A stretch of DNA of 64,000 bases from contig JAFPBB010000042.1 in NCBI GenBank assembly GCA_017390585.1, forward strand, positions 5,923 through 69,922, in the 5' to 3' direction. The DNA is from Tidjanibacter sp. Its GTDB lineage: Bacteria; Bacteroidota; Bacteroidia; Bacteroidales; Rikenellaceae. Below are positions 48,923 to 59,519 of this stretch, one piece after another. The notes beneath the pieces were generated by a model. The model ran no database searches and was not told the origin of the DNA. It saw only the letters and a program-made list of their open reading frames with translations. Position 1 is the first letter of the stretch, and every line of letters starts with the position of its first letter. The translations under genes and the position numbers were made by a program.

Positions 48923-50176
48923 ATGAAGGATAAGAAAGTATTGGTTGTGGGCAGTGGCGGTAGGTGTCACGCCATTGTGGAGGCACTCTCGCGCTCGCCC
49001 CAAGTAGATAAGATTTATTGTGCACCCGGAAATGCGGGCATAGCTGCGCTTGCCGAGTGCGTTGCCATAGGTGTGACCGATGTGGAGGCTTTGGCCGAGT
49101 TTGCCAAGCAGAATGGCGTGGACCTCACCGTGGTTGGTCCCGAGGCTGCACTTGCAGTTGGTTTGGTGGATAGGTTCAATGAGCTGGGCCTGAAGGCATT
49201 TGGTCCCACCAAAGCAGCCGCACAGATTGAGAGTAGCAAGGAGTTTGCAAAGGAATTGATGGCCAAATATGAGATTCCTACCGCTGGTTATAAGGCTTTC
49301 GACAACTACGAGGAGGCCAAAGAGTATGTCTTCGGAAGGGCTCTGCCTGCCGTCATCAAGTACGATGGCTTGGCAGCAGGTAAGGGCGTAGTTGTGGCCG
49401 AGAGCTACGATGATGCCGATGCTGCTCTGAAGGATATGCTCTTGGATGAGAGCTTTGGTAAGGGTAGAGTGGTGGTGGAGGATTTCCTCGCCGGCCCCGA
49501 GTTCTCGTTTATGTGCGTGGTGTCGGGCGAGAAGATCTACCCGTTGGCTATGGCGCAAGACCACAAGCGTGCCTACGAAGGCGATAAAGGACCTAATACG
49601 GGTGGTATGGGTGCCTATAGCCCCGTGCCCTTTGTTACAGCCGAGGTGGAGGAGTTTGCACTGGAGCGCATTATGAAGCCCACGGCCAAAGCTATGGTAG
49701 CCGAGGGTGTTCCCTTCAAGGGTGTGCTCTACGGTGGATTGATTCTCACAGCCGACGGCCCCAAGGTGATTGAGTTTAATGCCCGCTTTGGCGACCCTGA
49801 GACCGAGGTTGTGTTGCCTCGCTTGGAGAGCGATATATATGAGTTGTTTGACGCAGCTGTTGACGGCAGGGATTGTGAGACTAAATGGAGCAATGATGCA
49901 CTGCTCGGCATTGTCCTTGCATCTAATGGTTACCCGGGTAGCTACCCCAAAGGAGCCGTTATCGGTGGCCTCGAGAGAGTGGAGTCACAGGTGTTCCATA
50001 TGGGTACGTCGGAGAAAGATGGCTCCATCGTAACAGCAGGCGGTAGGGTTCTGATGGTCGTTGGTCGTGGCAAAGACCTCGCTGAGGCACGAAAGATGGC
50101 TCTCGAGGATATTGCAAAGATTGAGTGTGACACACTCTTCTTCCGCAGCGACATTGGACATAAAGTTTTGGATTAA
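48923..50176 (+). CDS. purD: Phosphoribosylamine--glycine ligase
   Basis: GSGGR.HA, APGNAG, GLAAGKGV, QDHKR, GPNTGGMG, EFNARFGDPE. Confidence 0.96.
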   Translation: MKDKKVLVVGSGGRCHAIVEALSRSPQVDKIYCAPGNAGIAALAECVAIGVTDVEALAEFAKQNGVDLTVVGPEAALAVGLVDRFNELGLKAFGPTKAAAQIESSKEFAKELMAKYEIPTAGYKAFDNYEEAKEYVFGRALPAVIKYDGLAAGKGVVVAESYDDADAALKDMLLDESFGKGRVVVEDFLAGPEFSFMCVVSGEKIYPLAMAQDHKRAYEGDKGPNTGGMGAYSPVPFVTAEVEEFALERIMKPTAKAMVAEGVPFKGVLYGGLILTADGPKVIEFNARFGDPETEVVLPRLESDIYELFDAAVDGRDCETKWSNDALLGIVLASNGYPGSYPKGAVIGGLERVESQVFHMGTSEKDGSIVTAGGRVLMVVGRGKDLAEARKMALEDIAKIECDTLFFRSDIGHKVLD

Positions 50177-50194
50177 ATACCTATTAATATAAGT

Positions 50195-51052
50195 ATGATT
50201 ATCAGTGGTAAAGAGTTGGCTGCCGAGCTAAAAGTCAAGATGGCAGCCGATGTGGTGAAATATACGGAACAGTATGGCAGACCCCCACACTTGGTGGTAA
50301 TTCTCGTTGGCGACAACCCCGCAAGCGTGTCGTATGTTACGGGTAAGGCGAAGGACTCTGTGGAGGTAGGCTTCCGCAGTACAACTATTCGCAAGCCCGA
50401 CACCATCAGCGAGGAGGAGCTTGTGGCTGTTGTTGAAGAGCTCAATCGCGACCCCGAAGTGGATGGTATTTTGGTTCAGCTCCCTCTGCCCGCCCACATT
50501 AGCGAGAGTAGGATTATTGCAACCATCAGCCACGAGAAAGATGTGGATGGTTTCCACCCCCTGAATGTGGCTGCCTTGTGGCAAAAGCAGGGTGGTGTGG
50601 TTGCTTGCACTCCCAAAGGTATTATCGAACTGCTCGACAAAGCGGGCGTGGAGATCGAGGGCAAGAGGGCTGTGGTCATTGGTCGTAGCAACATCGTTGG
50701 CCTCCCCATATCGAAACTGCTGCTCGACCGCAATGCCACTGTGACCATCGCACACAGCCGCACTCGAAACCTCGCGGAGATTACTCGCTCGGCAGAGATT
50801 CTGGTGGTTGCCATCGGTCAGCCCAAGTTTGTAAGGGCCGATATGGTGTCGGATGGCGTGGTAATTATGGACGTGGGTATCAATCGCGATCCTGAGACCG
50901 GTAAACTCTGTGGTGACGTGGATTTTGAGGGGTGCAAGGATAAAGCATCCGTCATCACTCCCGTGCCCGGTGGCTGTGGCCCTATGACCCGTTGCTGCCT
51001 GATGGAGAATACCATTGAGTGCTACCTGAACTTAATGAATAAGAAAAATTAA
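50195..51052 (+). CDS. folD: Methylene-THF dehydrogenase/cyclohydrolase
   Basis: GILVQLPLP, KDVDGFHP, CTPKG, GRSNIVG, TPVPGG.GPMT. Confidence 0.95.
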   Translation: MIISGKELAAELKVKMAADVVKYTEQYGRPPHLVVILVGDNPASVSYVTGKAKDSVEVGFRSTTIRKPDTISEEELVAVVEELNRDPEVDGILVQLPLPAHISESRIIATISHEKDVDGFHPLNVAALWQKQGGVVACTPKGIIELLDKAGVEIEGKRAVVIGRSNIVGLPISKLLLDRNATVTIAHSRTRNLAEITRSAEILVVAIGQPKFVRADMVSDGVVIMDVGINRDPETGKLCGDVDFEGCKDKASVITPVPGGCGPMTRCCLMENTIECYLNLMNKKN

Positions 51053-51068
51053 TAACATATAACGCATT

Positions 51069-52367
51069 ATGATTGAGAGATATGGGCGCGAGGTGATGCG
51101 CCAAGTTTGGACCGAGGAGAACAAGTTTAACGCCTATTTGAAAGTGGAAATCCTCACCGCCGAGGCGTGGAGAGAACTCGGAGTTGTCCCCGCAGAGGAT
51201 GTGGAGAAACTTTGGGCAAAAGCTACTTTCAATATCGACAGAATCAAGGAGATTGAGCTCCAGACCCGTCACGATATCGTGGCCTTCACCCGTACTGTAA
51301 GCGAGTCGCTCGGCGAGGAAAGAAAGTGGGTTCACTATGGTCTGACAAGTACCGATGTGGTTGATACCGCAAATGGTTATCTCTTCTCTCAAGCCAATAG
51401 AATCATTGAGGACGACCTGCTGAAATTCATTGAGGTGCTCAAAAAGCAGGCAAAAAGGTTCAAATACACCCCCTGCATTGGCCGTACACACGGCATTCAC
51501 GCCGACATCACCTCCTTTGGTCTCAAGTGGGTCCTCTGGTATGAGGAGATGAGGCGCAACTTGGAGCGCTTCCGCACCGCAGCTCGCGGCGTGGAGGTGG
51601 GCAAGATTAGTGGTGCCGTTGGTAACTTCGCCAACATTCCTCCCTTTGTGCAGGACTATGTGTGCGAGAAACTCGGCATCGACAGCGCAAATATCTCCAC
51701 TCAGGTTATCCAGCGCGACAGACACGCCTACTATATGGCCACTCTCGCCGTAATCGGTGCAAGTTTGGAGCAGATGGCACTTGAGGTGAGGAACCTCCAG
51801 CGCACCGAGGTACACGAGGTGGAGGAGTCGTTCGGCAAGGGCCAGAAGGGCTCGAGCGCTATGCCCCACAAACGCAACCCCATCAGTAGCGAGAATATTT
51901 GTGGCTGTGCAAGGGTGCTGAGGGGTTATATGGCCACTGCCTATGAGAATGTGGCACTCTGGCACGAGAGGGATATTTCCCACTCGGCAACCGAGCGCAT
52001 CATTATGCCCGACGCCACCATCCTGCTCGACTATATGCTCAACCGCTTTATGGGTATCCTCGACAACCTCGTTGTCTTTGAGGAGCAGATGAAGGCCAAT
52101 ATCTATCGCACCAACGGGGTGATTTTTGCCCAGAGGGTGATGAATGCCCTCATTGAGAAGGGTTTCGCCAGGGAGAAAGCCTACGATACCGTGCAGCCCG
52201 TGGCTATGAAGGCTATGGCAGAGGGCGCATCCTATCAGGCTCTGCTCAAAGAGGAGCCCACTGTGATGGCGACTCTCACGGAGGAGGAGCTCGACGGTTG
52301 CTTCACTCTGGAGTATTATATGAAAAACGTGGATTACATTTACAAACGCAATAAAATTGAGGAGTAG
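51069..52367 (+). CDS. purB: Adenylosuccinate lyase
   Basis: [29 protein letters not shown]. Confidence 0.96.
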   Translation: MIERYGREVMRQVWTEENKFNAYLKVEILTAEAWRELGVVPAEDVEKLWAKATFNIDRIKEIELQTRHDIVAFTRTVSESLGEERKWVHYGLTSTDVVDTANGYLFSQANRIIEDDLLKFIEVLKKQAKRFKYTPCIGRTHGIHADITSFGLKWVLWYEEMRRNLERFRTAARGVEVGKISGAVGNFANIPPFVQDYVCEKLGIDSANISTQVIQRDRHAYYMATLAVIGASLEQMALEVRNLQRTEVHEVEESFGKGQKGSSAMPHKRNPISSENICGCARVLRGYMATAYENVALWHERDISHSATERIIMPDATILLDYMLNRFMGILDNLVVFEEQMKANIYRTNGVIFAQRVMNALIEKGFAREKAYDTVQPVAMKAMAEGASYQALLKEEPTVMATLTEEELDGCFTLEYYMKNVDYIYKRNKIEE

Positions 52368-52373
52368 GGAGAT

Positions 52374-53666
52374 ATGTCCGAAAGATTAGTTGTAATAGGG
52401 TCGCAATGGGGCGACGAGGGTAAAGGAAAAATTACCGACTATTTTGCTTGCCGTGCCGATATGGTGGTGCGCTATCAGGGTGGCAACAATGCAGGCCACA
52501 CTGTGGTGTTTGATGGTAAGAAGTATTCGTTGCAGAGTATTCCTTCGGGTATTTTCAATCCTCAGACCGTGAACGTTATGGGCAACGGTATGGTGATCAA
52601 CCCACAGAGCGTTGTGGACGAGCTGGAGAGGCTCCACTCGCAGGGTATCACCGACTATCAGCTCTACATCTCCGACCGCGCTGCTGTGGTTATGCCCTAC
52701 CACTCTGCACTCGATGGTGCCTATGAGGCACTCAAAGGTGGCGCACAGATTGGCACAACCCGCAAGGGTATCGGTCCTGCCTATTCGGACAAGTATAGCC
52801 GAGTGGGTATCCGTATGGGCGATCTGCTCGAACCCGAATACTTTGCCGAGAGGCTCAAGGCAGCCATTGAGGTGAAGAATATGGAGTTGGGTATGTTGGG
52901 CCTTGAGAAGTTCGACTTCGAGGAGGTCTACAATCAATATATGGCTTTGGCCAAGAAAATTGGTCATATGATTTGCGACACCTCAGCACTGATTAACAAG
53001 GCGCTCGAGAGCGACAAGAAGATTCTCTTCGAGGGCGCGCAGGGTATGATGCTCTGTATCGACCACGGCACCTACCCCTATGTTACCTCCTCGACCCCCT
53101 CGTCGGCAAGTGTGCCTGTGGGAGCAGGTATCTCGCCCAAGTGGGTGGATAATGTGCTCGGCGTGGCCAAGGCCTACTGCACAAGGGTGGGAGAGGGACC
53201 CTTCCCCACGGAGTTGTTCGACAACCGTGCAGAGGAGATTAGGGAGCGTGGCCACGAGTATGGCACCGTCACAGGCCGTCCCCGTAGGGTGGGTTGGTTC
53301 GACGCCGTTGTGGCACGCTATGTGAGCCGCCTGGCCGGTATCGACTCGTGGGCGCTGATGCTGTTTGACGTGCTCTCGGGTCTCGACAAGGTGTCGATTT
53401 GCGTGGGCTATGAGGTTGATGGTGAGGTTATTGAGAATCCCCCCGCGACCATTGCTAAGCTCGCCCGTTGCAAACCCGTACTCATCGAACTCGATGGTTG
53501 GAAGGAGGATATTACCAACGTCAAGAGTTTCGAGGAACTCCCTGCTGCTGCCCAAGCCTATGTGCGCAAGATAGAGGAAGTTACGGGCGTAAAGGTGGGC
53601 GTTATCTCCGTTGGCGCAGACCGTAGCAAAACCATCATTATTGACGAGAAGTTGAAGAAATTTTAA
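52374..53666 (+). CDS. purA: Adenylosuccinate synthetase
   Basis: QWGDEGKGK, GGNNAGHT, EGAQG, GTYPYVTSS, GTVTGRPRR. Confidence 0.96.
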   Translation: MSERLVVIGSQWGDEGKGKITDYFACRADMVVRYQGGNNAGHTVVFDGKKYSLQSIPSGIFNPQTVNVMGNGMVINPQSVVDELERLHSQGITDYQLYISDRAAVVMPYHSALDGAYEALKGGAQIGTTRKGIGPAYSDKYSRVGIRMGDLLEPEYFAERLKAAIEVKNMELGMLGLEKFDFEEVYNQYMALAKKIGHMICDTSALINKALESDKKILFEGAQGMMLCIDHGTYPYVTSSTPSSASVPVGAGISPKWVDNVLGVAKAYCTRVGEGPFPTELFDNRAEEIRERGHEYGTVTGRPRRVGWFDAVVARYVSRLAGIDSWALMLFDVLSGLDKVSICVGYEVDGEVIENPPATIAKLARCKPVLIELDGWKEDITNVKSFEELPAAAQAYVRKIEEVTGVKVGVISVGADRSKTIIIDEKLKKF

Positions 53667-53678
53667 TACTATACTACT

Positions 53679-55151
53679 ATGTCGTTCATTGAAGAGAAAA
53701 TAGCACAAGAGGGTATGACCTTCGACGATGTGCTGCTCATCCCGGCTTATTCGGAAGTTACCCCCAATATGGTTGCCCTTGGTAGCCGCTTTTCGCGTAA
53801 CATCAAGCTCAATATCCCCATCGTGTCGGCGGCTATGGACACCGTCACCGAGGCAGAGATGGCCATTGCCATTGCACGTGAGGGTGGCATCGGCGTAGTT
53901 CACAAAAATATGTCGATCGCCGCACAAGCCGCACAGGTAAGGAAGGTGAAGAGGGCAGAAAGCGGTATGATCTACGACCCCGTGACCATCAGCAAAGATG
54001 AGACCGTGGGTGATGCCTTGCGACTGATGAAGGAGAACCACATCGGTGGTATCCCCGTGGTTGACAAAGAGATGAAACTCATCGGCATCGTTACCAACCG
54101 CGACCTCAGGTTCCAGACCGATATGGCTCTGCCCATCGCAGAGGTGATGACCTGCAAAAACCTTGTAACCACCAATAATCCCGACCTTCAGGATGCTTCG
54201 AAGATTCTGCTGAAGAATAAGATTGAGAAACTCCCCGTTGTCGATGAGAACAACAAACTCATAGGCCTTATTACCTATAGGGATATCACCAAGATTCAGG
54301 ACTATCCCAACGCTTGTAAGGATGATAAGGGTCGCTTGAGAGTTGCAGCCGGTGTGGGTGTGACGAGCGACACTCTGAAGAGAGTGGAGGCACTCGTGGA
54401 GGCTGGAGTAGACGCTGTTGTTATCGACACGGCCCACGGACACTCGGCAAATGTGACTAATACGCTCAAGGCTGTGAAGGCTGCCTTCCCCCAGATTGAC
54501 GTGCTTGTGGGTAATATCGCCACGGCAGAAGCTGCCGAATATCTCATTCAGGCAGGTGCCGATGGCATTAAGGTGGGTATCGGCCCTGGCTCCATCTGCA
54601 CCACTCGTATCGTTGCCGGCGTGGGTGTACCCCAGCTGACCGCCATCTTCAATGCTGCAAAAGTGGCCCACCAATATGGTGTGCCTGTGATTGCCGACGG
54701 TGGCTTGCGCTACTCGGGCGACGTCGTGAAGGCTCTGGCTGCAGGCGGCGACTGCGTTATGATGGGTTCGATGTTGGCCGGTGTGGAGGAGTCGCCCGGT
54801 GAGACCATCATCTACAATGGTCGAAAGTTCAAATCCTACCGCGGTATGGGCTCCATTGAGGCTATGGAGGCAGGTTCGAAGGACCGCTACTTCCAGAGCG
54901 AGAAGTGTGATTCGAGCAAATTCGTACCCGAGGGCATCGTGGCTCGAGTGCCCTATAAAGGCACTCTCAGCGAGACCATCTACCAACTCATCGGCGGCCT
55001 GCGCTCGGGTATGGGCTACTGTGGTGCCAAGGATATCGAAGCTCTCCACAATGCCAAGTTTGTCCGCATCACTTCGGCTGCTGTCGTTGAGAACCACCCC
55101 CACGATGTGACTATCACCAAGGAGGCACCCAACTACACTCGCGGTGAATAG
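53679..55151 (+). CDS. guaB: IMP dehydrogenase with CBS pair
   Basis: [38 protein letters not shown]. Confidence 0.96.
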   Translation: MSFIEEKIAQEGMTFDDVLLIPAYSEVTPNMVALGSRFSRNIKLNIPIVSAAMDTVTEAEMAIAIAREGGIGVVHKNMSIAAQAAQVRKVKRAESGMIYDPVTISKDETVGDALRLMKENHIGGIPVVDKEMKLIGIVTNRDLRFQTDMALPIAEVMTCKNLVTTNNPDLQDASKILLKNKIEKLPVVDENNKLIGLITYRDITKIQDYPNACKDDKGRLRVAAGVGVTSDTLKRVEALVEAGVDAVVIDTAHGHSANVTNTLKAVKAAFPQIDVLVGNIATAEAAEYLIQAGADGIKVGIGPGSICTTRIVAGVGVPQLTAIFNAAKVAHQYGVPVIADGGLRYSGDVVKALAAGGDCVMMGSMLAGVEESPGETIIYNGRKFKSYRGMGSIEAMEAGSKDRYFQSEKCDSSKFVPEGIVARVPYKGTLSETIYQLIGGLRSGMGYCGAKDIEALHNAKFVRITSAAVVENHPHDVTITKEAPNYTRGE

Positions 55152-55186
55152 AGTAAAAGCAAAATTGTACGATTCAAAATTAAATA

Positions 55187-56503
55187 ATGAGAGATATGAA
55201 ACAGGATATGATTGTAATCCTCGACCTCGGTAGCCACCACAATACCGTGCTGGCAAGGGCTATCCGTGCGTTGGGCGTCTATAGCGAGATTTATCCCCAC
55301 GACATCACCGCTGCCGAGTTGAAGGCTCTGCCCGGTGTGAAGGGTGTGATTATCAATGGCGGCGAGAATAATGTTATCGACGGAGTGGAGATTGACGTGT
55401 TGCCCGAGATTTATGAGGCAGGTCTGCCCGTAATTGCCGCCGGACACGACAAGGCACTCTGTGAGGTGAAGTTGGATGCTTTTGCCGACGATGAGGAGGC
55501 TATTAAAGCTGCTGTAAAGGGCTTTGTATTTGACACTTGCAAGGCTGAGGCAAATTGGAATATGACCAACTTCATCAGCGATCAGGTTGAGCTCATCCGC
55601 CAGCAGGTGGGTGATAAGAAGGTGTTGCTGGCCCTCTCGGGTGGTGTTGATTCGTCGGTTGTGGCCGCTCTGTTGCTCAAGGCTATCGGCAACAATCTTG
55701 TGTGCGTTCACGTCAACCACGGTCTTATGCGTAAGGGCGAGAGTGAGGCTGTTGTGGAGGTGTTTGGCAAACAGCTTTGCGCCAACTTAGTCTATGTAGA
55801 CGCCACCGAGCGCTTCCTCACCAAACTCGAAGGTGTGGAGGACCCCGAGCAGAAACGCAAGATTATCGGCGGCGAGTTCATCCGCGTATTCGAGGAGGAA
55901 GCACGCAAATTGGACGGCATCGACTTCCTCGGTCAGGGTACCATCTATCCCGACATCGTGGAGAGCGGCACCAAGACTGCCAAGATGGTCAAGTCGCACC
56001 ACAATGTTGGCGGTCTGCCCGAAGATATGAAGTTTGGTCTTGTGGAGCCCCTCAAGCAGCTCTTCAAGGATGAGGTGAGGGCTTGTGGCGTGGAGCTCGG
56101 CCTGCCCTATGAGATGGTCTATCGCCAGCCATTCCCCGGCCCCGGCTTGGGCGTGAGGTGCTTGGGTGCCATCACTCGTGACCGCCTGGAGGCTGTGCGC
56201 GAGAGCGATGCCATTCTGCGCGAAGAGTTTGCAAAGGCAGGCTTGGACAAGAAAGTATGGCAGTACTTCACCATTGTGCCCGACTTTAAGTCGGTGGGCG
56301 TGAGGAACAATGCTCGCAGCTACGATTGGCCCGTGATTATCCGCGCGGTGAATACCATCGACGCGATGACCGCTTCGATTGAGCATATCGATTGGGCTAT
56401 CCTCGATAGGATTACCAAACGTATCTTGGAGGAGGTCCCCAATGTAAACCGCGTCTGCTACGATATGTCGCCCAAACCCTCGGCTACCATCGAGTGGGAG
56501 TAG
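55187..56503 (+). CDS. guaA: GMP synthase with a shortened, non-catalytic glutaminase domain
   Basis: Intact ATP-pyrophosphatase motifs (LSGGVDS, QGTIYPD, KSHHN, FPGPGL, TIEWE); the N-terminal domain lacks GICYG and QFHPE. Confidence 0.9.
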   Translation: MRDMKQDMIVILDLGSHHNTVLARAIRALGVYSEIYPHDITAAELKALPGVKGVIINGGENNVIDGVEIDVLPEIYEAGLPVIAAGHDKALCEVKLDAFADDEEAIKAAVKGFVFDTCKAEANWNMTNFISDQVELIRQQVGDKKVLLALSGGVDSSVVAALLLKAIGNNLVCVHVNHGLMRKGESEAVVEVFGKQLCANLVYVDATERFLTKLEGVEDPEQKRKIIGGEFIRVFEEEARKLDGIDFLGQGTIYPDIVESGTKTAKMVKSHHNVGGLPEDMKFGLVEPLKQLFKDEVRACGVELGLPYEMVYRQPFPGPGLGVRCLGAITRDRLEAVRESDAILREEFAKAGLDKKVWQYFTIVPDFKSVGVRNNARSYDWPVIIRAVNTIDAMTASIEHIDWAILDRITKRILEEVPNVNRVCYDMSPKPSATIEWE

Positions 56504-56538
56504 ACTTTACATATTGAGGTGAGTGCTCACCATACCGC

Positions 56539-56595
56539 AAAAAAGCGGGCTCCAGATTTACTTGGTGTAAATGAGGAGCCCGCTCGTTTGTTTTG
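56539..56595. terminator. Bidirectional terminator between guaA and truA
   Basis: AAAAAAGCGGGCTCC..ATTTAC-loop-GTAAAT..GGAGCCCGCT followed by a T-rich tail. Confidence 0.75.
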
Positions 56596-56622
56596 GGTCG
56601 TCGATTTGACTTTTGTACGACT

Positions 56623-57354
56623 TTAGTATTTCACATCCGTCAGGAATAGTCCGCTGGCAGGGGCAGAAGAGGAACTGCGAGAGAGGTCGCGCGAGGCCAC
56701 AATCTCCACGAACTGTTCGGGGGTGATTTTCCCGCGGCCAACATCCACAAGTGTACCCACCACGGCCCTCACCATATTGCGAAGGAAACGATTGGCACGG
56801 AAGATGAAAACAATCATACCGCATTCTATTTCAACCCATTCCGCGCGAGTGACGTGGCAAATGTTGGTGGTGTTGTTACTACCCAACTTGGCAAAAGTGG
56901 TGAAATCCTCGGTTGTGAGCAACGTGTGTGCTGCACGATTCATAGCCTCAATGTCGAGTTGAGCCGAAAGTTGCCAAGTGGTGGCGCGTGTGAAAGGGTC
57001 TTTGTGGCGCTGAATGTAGTAGCGATACTCCCTCTCGGTGGCATCGAATCGGGCGTGGGCATCGTCGGCTACGGGGTAGATGGAGCGGAATGCCACATCC
57101 TCGGGCAGAAGCGCATTGAGGTGATAGACAACCGCTTCGGGATTGTCTATCTTGCGTGAGGAGTCGAAGTGGGCAACATAGAATGCGGCGTGGACACCCG
57201 TATCGGTGCGACCAGCACCCACCACCTCAATCGGCTCGCGGAGAATGGTCGAAAGAGCCTCCTCAATGGTCTGTTGCACAGAGCGTGCGTTGGGCTGTCG
57301 CTGCCATCCGCAATAGGCCGTTCCCTTATATGAAAGTTCTGCAAAGTATCGCAT
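56623..57354 (-). CDS. truA: tRNA pseudouridine(38-40) synthase (start at ATG 57354)
   Basis: GWQRQ, AGRTDTGVHA, HARFDA..REYRY, FLRNMVR. Confidence 0.95.
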   Translation of the reverse strand: MRYFAELSYKGTAYCGWQRQPNARSVQQTIEEALSTILREPIEVVGAGRTDTGVHAAFYVAHFDSSRKIDNPEAVVYHLNALLPEDVAFRSIYPVADDAHARFDATEREYRYYIQRHKDPFTRATTWQLSAQLDIEAMNRAAHTLLTTEDFTTFAKLGSNNTTNICHVTRAEWVEIECGMIVFIFRANRFLRNMVRAVVGTLVDVGRGKITPEQFVEIVASRDLSRSSSSAPASGLFLTDVKY

Positions 57355-57438
57355 AATAACTCTTTTTACTGTTTCGTTTGACAAATATACGGAAATATTC
57401 GCTATTTTTGTAGAATAAAGTCAAAATGAACTATTGGT

Positions 57439-58134
57439 ATGAATGTCGCAATCATAGGCTACGGCAAGATGGGCCGCGAGATAGAAAAAATACTCCTCGA
57501 GAGAGGACACTCCATTATACACCGAATTGACATCAACAACAGCGAATTGCTCGATGATAAAGGAGCATTTGAGGGTGTGGATGTTGCCATCGAGTTCACT
57601 TCGCCACACACTGCGTATGACAACATCAAGAAATGCTTGATGTTGGGTGTGCCTATCCTTTCGGGTTCAACGGGTTGGGTCGATAGGAAAATGGAGATAG
57701 ACGAGTTGTGCAGGGAGAAAAATGGTGCATTTTTTTACGCTTCGAACTACTCGCTTGGCGTGAATGTGCTCTTCCGACTCAATCGTTGGCTTGCCAAAGC
57801 AATGGCTTCGTTTCCCCAATATGACGTGAAAATAGAGGAGACCCACCACATCCACAAGCTCGATGCACCCAGCGGAACTGCGTGGACCCTTGCTACCGAA
57901 ATGGCTGAGGCAAGCAATGGTAAACTCACTGTGGCAAAGGAGGATATCATCTCCTACCGCGAAGGCGAGGTACCCGGTATCCACACCATCACCTACGACT
58001 CCGAGGAGGATACAATTAGCCTCTCCCACAGTGCAAAGTCCCGCCGCGGCTTGGCACTTGGTGCTGTGTTGGCTGCCGAGTGGCTTGTGGGCAAAAAGGG
58101 CGTTTTCGGAATGGATGATTTTTTGTCGATATAG
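57439..58134 (+). CDS. dapB: 4-hydroxy-tetrahydrodipicolinate reductase
   Basis: GYGKMG, ETHHIHKLDAPSGTA. Confidence 0.94.
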   Translation: MNVAIIGYGKMGREIEKILLERGHSIIHRIDINNSELLDDKGAFEGVDVAIEFTSPHTAYDNIKKCLMLGVPILSGSTGWVDRKMEIDELCREKNGAFFYASNYSLGVNVLFRLNRWLAKAMASFPQYDVKIEETHHIHKLDAPSGTAWTLATEMAEASNGKLTVAKEDIISYREGEVPGIHTITYDSEEDTISLSHSAKSRRGLALGAVLAAEWLVGKKGVFGMDDFLSI

Positions 58135-58140
58135 TTGATT

Positions 58141-59496
58141 ATGAAAAAGTTACTCAAGAATAGGTGGTTTAAGTTTGCCATCGTTTCGATTGTCTATGTT
58201 TTGTGGTTTGTGGTGTGGAATAGGAACTTGTGGTTTCTGTTGGGCCTGCCAATCATATTTGACATCTACATCACTAAACTCCTTGCCCGACTTGTCAGGT
58301 GGGACAAACATCAGGAGTTGAAGCGCAATAACAAAACCTATAAAGAGGTGTGGAGCTGGATTGACGCCATTGTCTTTGCCCTCGTCTTTGCATCGTTGAT
58401 CAATGTCTACATCTTCCAGATGTACACCATCCCCACGTCGTCAATGGAAAAAACCCTCCTTGTGGGCGACTATCTCTATGTGAGCAAAGCGACCTATGGC
58501 CCCAGAGTGCCCAACACGCCACTCTCGCTTCCGCTGATGCACCACACAACTCCTTGGGGCACAAAGTCCTACTCCGAGGCAATCAAGCGCCCCTACAGAC
58601 GCCTTGCCGGAATCCGAAATGTGGAGAGGGGAGATGTGGTGGTGTTCAACTTCCCCGCAGGAGACACTGTGATTTTGGAGCGTCAGAACGAGACTTACTA
58701 CGATATCGTGCGCCAATATGTGGCCTCCTATGGCGAAAAACGCGGTAGGGAGATGCTCAACAAACAATATACGGTGGTGTCTCGCCCTGTGGACAAACGT
58801 GAGCACTACGTCAAAAGGTGTGTAGCTCTGCCCGGAGATACCCTGAGCGTTGTGCACGGTGTGCTCTATATCAATGGCGAGGAGCAGGACTACATTGAAA
58901 ATCAGCAGTATATCTACTTTGTGGAGACCTCGTCGCCGCTAAGTGCCAAGAGCATTGAGCGACTTGGAGTGTCGCCCGAAGATGTCCACTACTCATCGGC
59001 AAGCGGTGTCTACGCAATGCCTCTAACCGAGAAGGGTGTGGAGATGCTTGAGGGAATGCAAAATGTTGTTTCGATAACTCGCAACGAGAGCGTTGAGCCA
59101 TTCTCTGCAATCTTCCCCAACAATGCAGCCTATGCGTGGACCGAGGATAATTTTGGTCCCTTGTGGATGCCGCAGAGAGGGTCGACGGTGGCATTGACCA
59201 CAGCAAATCTGCCTCTTTATGAGCGAATTATCAAAAACTACGAAGGCCACAGCCTGACAGTAGATGGCGACACCATACTTATCGACGGTGCCCCCGCAAC
59301 CGAATATACATTTGCAATGGACTACTACTTTATGATGGGAGACAACAGACATATGTCTGCCGACTCGAGGTTCTGGGGCTTTGTTCCCGAGGACCACATC
59401 GTGGGTACTCCTTCGTTTGTGTGGCTCTCGCTCGATAAGCACAAGAGTTTCCCGAGTAACATCCGATGGAACAGGTTGTTCAAGAACCATAAGTAA
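58141..59496 (+). CDS. lepB: Signal peptidase I
   Basis: IPTSSMEKTLLVGD, YVKRCVALPGD, MGDNR.MS.DSR.WG. Confidence 0.94.
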   Translation: MKKLLKNRWFKFAIVSIVYVLWFVVWNRNLWFLLGLPIIFDIYITKLLARLVRWDKHQELKRNNKTYKEVWSWIDAIVFALVFASLINVYIFQMYTIPTSSMEKTLLVGDYLYVSKATYGPRVPNTPLSLPLMHHTTPWGTKSYSEAIKRPYRRLAGIRNVERGDVVVFNFPAGDTVILERQNETYYDIVRQYVASYGEKRGREMLNKQYTVVSRPVDKREHYVKRCVALPGDTLSVVHGVLYINGEEQDYIENQQYIYFVETSSPLSAKSIERLGVSPEDVHYSSASGVYAMPLTEKGVEMLEGMQNVVSITRNESVEPFSAIFPNNAAYAWTEDNFGPLWMPQRGSTVALTTANLPLYERIIKNYEGHSLTVDGDTILIDGAPATEYTFAMDYYFMMGDNRHMSADSRFWGFVPEDHIVGTPSFVWLSLDKHKSFPSNIRWNRLFKNHK

Positions 59497-59519
59497 ACCA
59501 TCACTTCAACCATACGAAC

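Noticed and set aside
52983-55256. 757 aa antisense ORF, and similar ones at 1175-2602, 9122-10399, 28674-30335 and 40021-41943
   Set aside because: All mirror conserved housekeeping genes on the opposite strand and show no protein-family signal.
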